Source of the DNA: Eledone cirrhosa
Lineage: Eukaryota
NCBI GenBank assembly: GCA_964016885.1
Contig: OZ024740.1
Span: forward strand, 37,758,001 to 37,822,000
DNA length: 64,000 bases
Reading direction: 5' to 3'
Part shown: positions 52,801 to 64,000 of the stretch, piece by piece
Position numbering within the stretch: the stretch's first letter is position 1
Layout of the letters: each line of letters opens with the position of its first letter
Made by a program: the position numbers and the translations under genes
Notes under the pieces: generated by a model
What the model saw: the letters and a program-made list of their open reading frames with translations, nothing else
The model's database searches: none
Told to the model about the DNA's origin: nothing

Positions 52801-55800
52801 TTATTACAGTTAAAAGAAAGTATAGTTTGTGACAATACCTAGGTTTAAACAATGGTCCTATGGTTTATTACAGTTAAAAGACAGTATAGTTTGTGACAAT
52901 ACCTAGGTTTAAACAATGGTCCTATGGTTTATTACAGTTAAAAGAGAGTATAGTTTGTGACAATACCTAGGTTTTAAAATGGTCCTATGGTTTATTAGTT
53001 AAAAGACAGTATAGTTTGTGACAATACCTAAGTTTAAACAATGGTCCTATGGTTTATTACAGTTAAAAGACAGTATAGTATGTGACAATACCTAGGTTTT
53101 AACAATGGTCCTATGGTTTATTAGTTAAAAGACAGTATAGTTTGTGACAATACCTAGGTTTAAACAATGGTCCCATGGTTTATTACAGTTAAAGACAGTA
53201 TAGTTTGTGACTATACCTAGGTTTAAACAATGGTCCTATGGTTTATTACAGTTAAAAACAGTATAGTTTGTGACAATACCTAGGTTTAAACAATGGTCCT
53301 ATGGTTTATTACAGTTAAAAGACAGTATAGTTTGTGACAATATCTAGGTTTTAACAATGGTCCTATGGTTTATTACAGTTAAAAGACAGTATAGTTTGTG
53401 ACAATACCTAGGTTTAAACAATGGTCCTATGGTTTATTACAGTTAAAAGACAGTATAGTTTGTGACAATACCTAGGTTTAAACAATGGTCCTATGGTTTA
53501 TTACAGTTAAAAGACAGTATAGTTTGTGACAATATCTAGCTTTAAACAATGGTCCTATGGTTTATTACAGTTAAAAGACAGTATAGTTTGTGACAATACC
53601 TAGGTTTAAACAATGGTCCTATGGTTTATTACAGTTAAAAGACAGTATATTTTGTGACAATACCTAGGTTTAAACAATGGTCCTATGGTTTATTACAGTT
53701 AAAAGACAGTATAGTTTGTGACAATACCTAGGTTTAAACAATGGTCCTATGGTTTATTACAGTTAAAAGACAGTAAAGTTTGTGACAATACCAAGGTTTT
53801 AACAATGGTCCTATGGTTTATTACAGTTAAAAGACAGTATACTTTGTGACAATACCTAGGTTTAAACAATGGTCCTATGGTTTATTACACTTAAAAGAAA
53901 GTATAGTTTGTGACAATACCTAGGTTTAAACAATGGTCCTATGGTTTATTACAGTTAAAAGACAGTATAGTTTGTGACAATACCTAGGTTTAAACAATGG
54001 TCCTATGGTTTATTACAGTTAAAAGACAGTATAGTTTGTGACAATACCTAGGTTTAAACAATGGTCCTATGGTTTATTACACTTAAAAGACAGTATAGTT
54101 TGTGACAATACCTAGGTTTAAACAATGGTCCTATGGTTTATTACAGTTAAAAGACAGTATAGTTTGTGACAATACCTAGGTTTTAACAATGGTCCTATGG
54201 TTTATTACAGTTAAAAGACAGTATAGTTTGTGACAATACCTAGGTTTAAACAATGGTCCTATGGTTTATTACGGTAAAAAGACAGTATAGTTTGTGACAA
54301 TACCTAGGTTTAAACAATGGTCCTATGGTTTATTACAGTTAAAAGACACTATAGTTTGTGACAATACCTAGGTTTAAACAATGGTCGTATCGTTTATTAC
54401 AGTTAAAAGACAGTATAGTTTGTGCCAATACCTAGGTTTAAACAATGGTCCTATGGTTTATTACAGTTAAAAGACAGTATAGTTTGTGACAATACCTAGG
54501 TTTAAACAATGGTCCTATGGTTTATTACAGTTAAAGGACAGTATAGTTTGTGACAATACCTAGGTTTAAACAATGGTCCTATGGTTTATTACAGTTAAAA
54601 GACAGTATAGTTTGTGACAATACCTAGGTTTAAACAATGGTCCTATGGTATATTACAGTTAAAAGACAGTATAGTTTGTGCCAATACCTAGGTTTAAACA
54701 ATGGTCCTATGGTTTATTACAGTTAAAAGACAGTATAGTTTGTGCCAATACCTAGGTTTAAACAATGGTCCTATGGTTTATTACAGTTAAAAGACAGTAT
54801 AGTTTGTGACAATACCTAGGTTTAAACAATGGTCCTATGGTTTATTACACTTAAAAGACAGTATAGTTTGTGACAATACCTAGGTTTAAACAATGGTCCT
54901 ATGGTTTATTACAGTTAAAAGACAGTATAGTTTGTGACAATACCTAGGTTTAAACAATGGTCCTATGGTTTATTACAGTTAAAAGACAGTATAGTTTGTG
55001 ACAATACCTAGGTTTAAACAATGGTCCTATGGTTTATTACAGTTAAAAGACAGTATAGTTTGTGACAATACCTAGGTTTAAACAATGGTCCTATGGTTTA
55101 TTACAGTTAAAAGACAGTATAGTTTGTGACAATACCTAGGTTTTAACAATGGTCCTATGGTTTATTACAGTTAAAAGACAGTATAGTTTGTGACAATAAC
55201 TAGGTTTAAACAATGGTCCTATGGTTTATTACGGTAAAAAGACAGTATAGTTTCTGACAATACCTAGGTTTAAACAATGGTCCTATGGTTTATTACAGTT
55301 AAAAGAAAGTATAGTTTGTGACAATACCTAGGTTTAAACAATGGTCCTATGGTTTATTACAGTTAAAAGACAGTATAGTTTGTGACAATACCTAGGTTTA
55401 AACAATGGTCCTATGGTTTATTACAGTTAAAAGAGAGTATAGTTTGTGACAATACCTAGGTTTTAAAATGGTCCTATGGTTTATTACAGTTAAAAGACAG
55501 TATAGTTTGTGACAATACCTAGGTTTAAACAATGGTCCTATGGTTTATTACAGTTAAAAGACAGTATAGTATGTGACAATACCTAGGTTTTAACAATGGT
55601 CCTATGGTTTATTAGTTAAAAGACAGTATAGTTTGTGACAATACCTAGGTTTAAACAATGGTCCCATGGTTTATTACAGTTAAAAGACAGTATAGTATGT
55701 GACAATACCTAGGTTTTAACAATGGTCCTATGGTTTATTAGTTAAAAGACAGTATAGTTTGTGACAATACCTAGGTTTAAACAATGGTCCCATGGTTTAT

Positions 55801-58800
55801 TACAGTTAAAGACAGTATAGTTTGTGACTATACCTAGGTTTAAACAATGGTCCTATGGTTTATTACAGTTAAAAGACAGTATAGTTTGTGACAATACCTA
55901 GGTTTAAACAATGGTCCTATGGTTTATTACAGTTAAAAGACAGTATAGTTTGTGACAATATCTAGCTTTAAACAATGGTCCTATGGTTTATTACAGTTAA
56001 AAGACAGTATAGTTTGTGACAATACCTAGGTTTAAACAATGGTCCTATGGTTTATTACAGTTAAAAGACAGTATAGTTTGTGACAATACCTAGGTTTAAA
56101 CAATGGTCCTATGGTTTATTACAGTTAAAAGACAGTATAGTTTGTGACAATACCTAGGTTTAAACAATGGTCCTATGGTTTATTACAGTTAAAAGACAGT
56201 AAAGTTTGTGACAATACCAAGGTTTTAACAATGGTCCTATGGTTTATTACAGTTAAAAGACAGTATAGTTTGTGACAATACCTAGGTTTAAACAATGGTC
56301 CTATGGTTTATTACAGTTAAAAGACAGTATAGTTTGTGACAATACCTAGGTTTAAACAATGGTCCTCTGGTTTATTACAGTTAAAAGACAGTATAGTTTG
56401 GGACAATACCTAGGTTTAAACAATGGTCCTATGGTTTATTACAGTTAAAAGACAGTATAGTTTGTGACAATACCTAGGTTTAAACAATGGTCCTATGGTT
56501 TATTACAGTTAAAAGACAGTATAGTTTGTGACTATACCTAGGTTTAAACAAGGTCCTATGGTTTATTATAGTTAAAAGACAGTATAGTTTGTGACAATAT
56601 CTAGGTTTAAACAATGGTCCTATAGTTTATTACAGTTAAAAGACAGTATAGTTTGTGACAATACCTAGGTTTTAACAATGGTCCTATGGTTTATTAGTTA
56701 AAAGACAGTATAGTTTGTGACAATACCTAGGTTTAAACAATGGTCCTATGGTTTATTACAGTTAAAAGACAGTATAGTTTGTGACAATACCTAGGTTTAA
56801 ACAATGGTCCTATGGTTTATTACAGTTAAAAGACAGTATAGTTTGTGCCAATACCTAGGTTTAAACAATGGTCCTATGGTTTATTACCGTTAAAAGACAG
56901 TATAATTTGTGCCAATACCTAGGTTTAAACAATGGTCCTATGGTTTATTACAGTTAAAAGACAGTATAGTTTGTGACAATACCTAGGTTTAAACAATGGT
57001 CCTATGGTTTATTACAGTTAAAAGACAGTATAGTTTGTGACAATACCTAGGTTTAAACAATGGTCCTATGGTTTATTACAGTTAAAAGACAGTATAGTTT
57101 GTGACAATACCTAGGTTTAAACAATGGTCCTATGGTTTATTACAGTTAAAAGACAGTATAGTTTGTGCCAATACGTAGGTTTAAACAATGGTCCTATGGT
57201 TTATTACAGTTAAAAGACAGTATAGTTTGTGCCAATATCTAGGTTTAAACAATGGTCCTATGGTTTATTACAGTTAAAAGACAGTATAGTTTGTGCCAAT
57301 ACCTAGGTTTAAACAATGGTCCTATGGTTTATTACAGTTAAAAGACAGTATAGTTTGTGACAATACCTAGGTTTAAACAATGGTCCTATGGTTTATTACA
57401 CTTAAAAGACAGTATAGTTTGTGACAATACCTAGGTTTAAACAATGGTCCTATGGTTTATTACAGTTAAAAGACAGTATAGTTTGTGACAATACCTAGGT
57501 TTAAACAATGGTCGTATGGTTTATTACAGTTAAAAGACAGTATAGTTTGTGCCAATACCTAGGTTTAAACAATGGTCCTATGGTTTATTACAGTTAAAAG
57601 ACAGTATAGTTTGTGACAATAACTAGGTTTAAAAAATGGTCCTATGGTTTATTACGGTAAAAAGACAGTATAGTTTGTGACAATACCTAGGTTTAAACAA
57701 TGGTCCTATGGTTTATTACAGTTAAAAGACAGTATAGTTTGTGACAATACCTAGGTTTAAACAATGGTCCTATGGTTTATTACAGTTAAAAGACAGTATA
57801 GTTTGTGACAATACCTAGGTTTAAACAATGGTCCTATGGTTTATTACAGTTAAAAGACAGTATAGTTTGTGAAAATACCTAGGTTTAAACAATGGTCCTA
57901 TGGTTTATTACGGTAAAAAGACAGTATAGTTTGTGACAATACCTAGGTTTAAACAATGGTCCTATGGTTTATTACAGTTAAAAGACAGTATAGTTTGTGA
58001 CAATACCTAGGTTTAAACAATGGTCCTATGGTTTATTACGGTAAAAAGACAGTATAGTTTGTGACAATACCTAGGTTTAAACAATGGTCCTATGGTTTAT
58101 TACAGTTAAAAGACACTATAGTTTGTGACAATACCTAGGTTTAAACAATGGTCGTATCGTTTATTACAGTTAAAAGACAGTATAGTTTGTGCCAATACCT
58201 AGGTTTAAACAATGGTCCTATGGTTTATTACAGTTAAAAGACAGTATAGTTTGTGACAATACCTAGGTTTAAACAATGGTCCTATGGTTTATTACAGTTA
58301 AAGGACAGTATAGTTTGTGACAATACCTAGGTTTAAACAATGGTCCTATGGTTTATTACAGTTAAAAGACAGTATAGTTTGTGACAATACCTAGGTTTAA
58401 ACAATGGTCCTATGGTATATTACAGTTAAAAGACAGTATAGTTTGTGCCAATACCTAGGTTTAAACAATGGTCCTATGGTTTATTACAGTTAAAAGACAG
58501 TATAGTTTGTGCCAATACCTAGGTTTAAACAATGGTCCTATGGTTTATTACAGTTAAAAGACAGTATAGTTTGTGACAATACCTAGGTTTAAACAATGGT
58601 CCTATGGTTTATTACACTTAAAAGACAGTATAGTTTGTGACAATACCTAGGTTTAAACAATGGTCCTATGGTTTATTACAGTTAAAAGACAGTATAGTTT
58701 GTGCCAATACCTAGGTTTAAACAATGGTCCTATGGTTTATTACAGTTAAAAGACAGTATAGTTTGTGACAATACCTAGGTTTAAACAATGGTCCTATGGT

Positions 58801-61800
58801 TTATTACAGTTAAAAGACAGTATAGTTTGTGACAATACCTAGGTTTAAACAATGGTCCTATGGTTTATTACAGTTAAAAGACAGTATAGTTTGTGCCAAT
58901 ACGTAGGTTTAAACAATGGTCCTATGGTTTATTACAGTTAAAAGACAGTATAGTTTGTGCCAATATCTAGGTTTAAACAATGGTCCTATGGTTTATTACA
59001 GTTAAAAGACAGTATAGTTTGTGCCAATACCTAGGTTTAAACAATGGTCCTATGGTTTATTACAGTTAAAAGACAGTATAGTTTGTGACAATACCTAGGT
59101 TTAAACAATGGTCCTATGGTTTATTACACTTAAAAGACAGTATAGTTTGTGACAATACCTAGGTTTAAACAATGGTCCTATGGTTTATTACAGTTAAAAG
59201 ACAGTATAGTTTGTGACAATACCTAGGTTTAAACAATGGTCGTATGGTTTATTACAGTTAAAAGACAGTATAGTTTGTGCCAATACCTAGGTTTAAACAA
59301 TGGTCCTATGGTTTATTACAGTTAAAAGACAGTATAGTTTGTGACAATAACTAGGTTTAAAAAATGGTCCTATGGTTTATTACGGTAAAAAGACAGTATA
59401 GTTTGTGACAATACCTAGGTTTAAACAATGGTCCTATGGTTTATTACAGTTAAAAGACAGTATAGTTTGTGACAATACCTAGGTTTAAACAATGGTCCTA
59501 TGGTTTATTACAGTTAAAAGACAGTATAGTTTGTGACAATACCTAGGTTTAAACAATGGTCCTATGGTTTATTACAGTTAAAAGACAGTATAGTTTGTGA
59601 AAATACCTAGGTTTAAACAATGGTCCTATGGTTTATTACGGTAAAAAGACAGTATAGTTTGTGACAATACCTAGGTTTAAACAATGGTCCTATGGTTTAT
59701 TACAGTTAAAAGACAGTATAGTTTGTGACAATACCTAGGTTTAAACAATGGTCCTATGGTTTATTACGGTAAAAAGACAGTATAGTTTGTGACAATACCT
59801 AGGTTTAAACAATGGTCCTATGGTTTATTACAGTTAAAAGACAGTATAGTTTGTGACAATACCTAGGTTTAAACAATGGTCCTATGGTTTATTACAGTTA
59901 AAAGACAGTATAGTTTGTGACAATACCTAGGTTTAAACAATGGTCCTATGGTTTATTACAGTTAAAAGACAGTATAGTTTGTGACAATACCTAGGTTTAA
60001 ACAATGGTCCTATGGTTTATTACAGTTAAAAGACAGTATAGTTTGTGCCAATACGTAGGTTTAAACAATGGTCCTATGGTTTATTACAGTTAAAAGACAG
60101 TATAGTTTGTGCCAATATCTAGGTTTAAACAATGGTCCTATGGTTTATTACAGTTAAAAGACAGTATAGTTTGTGCCAATACCTAGGTTTAAACAATGGT
60201 CCTATGGTTTATTACAGTTAAAAGACAGTATAGTTTGTGACAATACCTAGGTTTAAACAATGGTCCTATGGTTTATTACACTTAAAAGACAGTATAGTTT
60301 GTGACAATACCTAGGTTTAAACAATGGTCCTATGGTTTATTACAGTTAAAAGACAGTATAGTTTGTGACAATACCTAGGTTTAAACAATGGTCGTATGGT
60401 TTATTACAGTTAAAAGACAGTATAGTTTGTGCCAATACCTAGGTTTAAACAATGGTCCTATGGTTTATTACAGTTAAAAGACAGTATAGTTTGTGACAAT
60501 AACTAGGTTTAAAAAATGGTCCTATGGTTTATTACGGTAAAAAGACAGTATAGTTTGTGACAATACCTAGGTTTAAACAATGGTCCTATGGTTTATTACA
60601 GTTAAAAGACAGTATAGTTTGTGACAATACCTAGGTTTAAACAATGGTCCTATGGTTTATTACAGTTAAAAGACAGTATAGTTTGTGACAATACCTAGGT
60701 TTAAACAATGGTCCTATGGTTTATTACAGTTAAAAGACAGTATAGTTTGTGAAAATACCTAGGTTTAAACAATGGTCCTATGGTTTATTACGGTAAAAAG
60801 ACAGTATAGTTTGTGACAATACCTAGGTTTAAACAATGGTCCTATGGTTTATTACAGTTAAAAGACAGTATAGTTTGTGACAATACCTAGGTTTAAACAA
60901 TGGTCCTATGGTTTATTACGGTAAAAAGACAGTATAGTTTGTGACAATACCTAGGTTTAAACAATGGTCCTATGGTTTATTACAGTTAAAAGACACTATA
61001 GTTTGTGACAATACCTAGGTTTAAACAATGGTCGTATCGTTTATTACAGTTAAAAGACAGTATAGTTTGTGCCAATACCTAGGTTTAAACAATGGTCCTA
61101 TGGTTTATTACAGTTAAAAGACAGTATAGTTTGTGACAATACCTAGGTTTAAACAATGGTCCTATGGTTTATTACAGTTAAAGGACAGTATAGTTTGTGA
61201 CAATACCTAGGTTTAAACAATGGTCCTATGGTTTATTACAGTTAAAAGACAGTATAGTTTGTGACAATACCTAGGTTTAAACAATGGTCCTATGGTATAT
61301 TACAGTTAAAAGACAGTATAGTTTGTGCCAATACCTAGGTTTAAACAATGGTCCTATGGTTTATTACAGTTAAAAGACAGTATAGTTTGTGCCAATACCT
61401 AGGTTTAAACAATGGTCCTATGGTTTATTACAGTTAAAAGACAGTATAGTTTGTGACAATACCTAGGTTTAAACAATGGTCCTATGGTTTATTACACTTA
61501 AAAGACAGTATAGTTTGTGACAATACCTAGGTTTAAACAATGGTCCTATGGTTTATTACAGTTAAAAGACAGTATAGTTTGTGCCAATACCTAGGTTTAA
61601 ACAATGGTCCTATGGTTTATTACAGTTAAAAGACAGTATAGTTTGTGACAATACCTAGGTTTAAACAATGGTCCTATGGTTTATTACAGTTAAAAGACAG
61701 TATAGTTTGTGACAATATCTAGGTTTAAACAATGATCCTATGGTTTATTATAGTTAAAAGACAGTATAGTTTGTGACAATACCTAGGTTTAAACAATGGT

Positions 61801-64000
61801 CGTATGGTTTATTACAGTTAAAAGACAGTATAGTTTGTGACAATACCTAGGTTTAAACAATGGTCCTATGGTTTATTACAGTTAAAAGACAGTAAAGTTT
61901 GTGACAATACCAAGGTTTTAACAATGGTCCTATGGTTTATTACAGTTAAAAGACAGTATAGTTTGTGACAATACCTAGGTTTAAACAATGGTCCTATGGT
62001 TTATTACAGTTAAAAGACAGTATAGTTTGTGACAATACCTAGGTTTAAACAATGGTCCTATGGTTTATTACAGTAAAAAGACAGTATAGTTTGGGACAAT
62101 ACCTAGGTTTAAACAATGGTCCTATGGTTTATTACAGTTAAAAGACAGTATAGTTTGTGACAATACCTAGGTTTAAACAATGGTCCTATGGTTTATTACA
62201 GTTAAAAGACAGTATAGTTTGTGACTATACCTAGGTTTAAACAAGGTCCTATGGTTTATTATAGTTAAAAGACAGTATAGTTTGTGACAATATCTAGGTT
62301 TAAACAATGGTCCTATAGTTTATTACAGTTAAAAGACAGTATAGTTTGTGACAATACCTAGGTTTTAACAATGGTCCTATGGTTTATTACAGTTAAAAGA
62401 CAGTATAGTTTGTGACAATACCTAGGTTTTAACAATGGTCCCATGGTTTATTAGTTAAAAGACAGTATAGTTTGTGACAATACCTAGGTTTAAACAATGG
62501 TCCTATGGTTTATTACAGTTAAAAGACAGTATAGTTTGTGACAATACCTAGGTTTAAACAATGGTCCTATGGTTTATTACAGTTAAAAGACAGTATAGTT
62601 TGTGCCAATACCTAGGTTTAAACAATGGTCCAATGGCTTATTACCGTTAAAAGACAGTATAGTTTGTGCCAATACCTCGGTTTAAACAATGGTCCTATGG
62701 TTTATTACAGTTAAAAGACAGTATAGTTTGTGACAATACCTAGGTTTAAACAATGGTCCTATGGTTTATTACAGTTAAAAGACAGTATAGTTTGTGACAA
62801 TACCTAGGTTTAAACAATGGTCCTATGGTTTATTACAGTTAAAAGACAGTATAGTTTGTGCCAATACCTAGGTTTAAAGAATGGTCCTATGGTTTATTAC
62901 AGTTAAAAGACAGTATAGTTTGTGCCAATACCTAGGTTTAAACAATGGTCCTATGGTTTATTACAGTTAAAAGACAGTATAGTTTGTGCCAATACCTAGG
63001 TTTAAACAATGGTCCTATGGTTTATTACAGTTAAAAGACAGTATACTTTGTGACAATACCTAGGTTTAAACAATGGTCCTATGGTTTATTACACTTAAAA
63101 GACAGTATAGTTTGTGACAATACCTAGGTTTAAACAATGGTCCTATGGTTTATTACAGTTAAAAGACAGTATAGTTTGTGACAATACCTAGGTTTAAACA
63201 ATGGTCCTATGGTTTATTACAGTTAAAAGACAGTATAGTTTGTGACAATACCTAGGTTTAAACAATGGTCCTATGGTTTATTACACTTAAAAGACAGTAT
63301 AGTTTGTGACAATACCTAGGTTTAAACAATGGTCCTATGGTTTATTACAGTTAAAAGACAGTATAGTTTGTGACAATACCTAGGTTTTAACAATGGTCCT
63401 ATGGTTTATTACAGTTAAAAGACAGTATAGTTTGTGACAATACCTAGGTTTAAACAATGGTCCTATGGTTTATTACGGTAAAAAGACAGTATAGTTAGTG
63501 ACAATACCTAGGTTTAAACAATGGTCCTATGGTTTATTACAGTTAAAAGACACTATAGTTTGTGACAATACCTAGGTTTAAACAATGGTCGTATCGTTTA
63601 TTACAGTTAAAAGACAGTATAGTTTGTGCCAATACCTAGGTTTAAACAATGGTCCTATGGTTTATTACAGTTAAAAGACAGTATAGTTTGTGACAATACC
63701 TAGGTTTAAACAATGGTCCTATGGTTTATTACAGTTAAAGGACAGTATAGTTTGTGACAATACCTAGGTTTAAACAATGGTCCTATGGTTTATTACAGTT
63801 AAAAGACAGTATAGTTTGTGACAATACCTAGGTTTAAACAATGGTCCTATGGTATATTACAGTTAAAAGACAGTATAGTTTGTGCCAATACCTAGGTTTA
63901 AACAATGGTCCTATGGTTTATTACAGTTAAAAGACAGTATAGTTTGTGCCAATACCTAGGTTTAAACAATGGTCCTATGGTTTATTACAGTTAAAAGACA
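25818..64000. repeat. 64-bp tandem satellite, ~600 monomers, continues past the window end; consensus CCTAGGTTTAAACAATGGTCCTATGGTTTATTACAGTTAAAAGACAGTATAGTTTGTGACAATA
   Basis: Period counted directly (CCTAGG at 26461, next at 26525). Head-to-tail, mostly 0-3 differences per unit; no spacers, insertions or ORFs. Confidence 0.99.

Noticed and set aside
25818-64000. CRISPR array or repeat-encoded protein
   Set aside because: Monomers are contiguous with no unique spacers, no cas genes are present, the context is eukaryotic, and no ORF is reported in any frame.

Overview
AT-rich animal genomic DNA, not prokaryotic. The SINE content resembles octopod cephalopods (an inference from repeat motifs). 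The first ~16 kb holds the 5' part of a spliced minus-strand NOM1 (nucleolar MIF4G-domain protein) gene. Six complete coding exons join in frame, and a seventh probably begins at position 6. Its third intron (6753-10296) has the signature of a U12-type minor-spliceosome intron. Introns and flanks are packed with tRNA-derived SINEs, RTE and Tx1/L1-like LINE fragments, a TTAA-flanked MITE family and minisatellites. An internally deleted Chapaev3-like DNA transposon with intact TIRs and a TTA target-site duplication sits about 0.9 kb upstream of the NOM1 start codon. A probable terminal exon of a second, unidentified minus-strand gene lies at 24878-25216. From ~25818 to the window end is a >38 kb homogeneous 64-bp satellite (~600 monomers) with nested higher-order duplications, probably inside the last intron of that gene. 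I cannot establish a new biological system from sequence alone. The best leads are the giant, probably intronic satellite carrying an AATAAA and an AG|GT motif in nearly every monomer, the U12 intron, and two LINEs inserted at nearly the same site of one MITE family.
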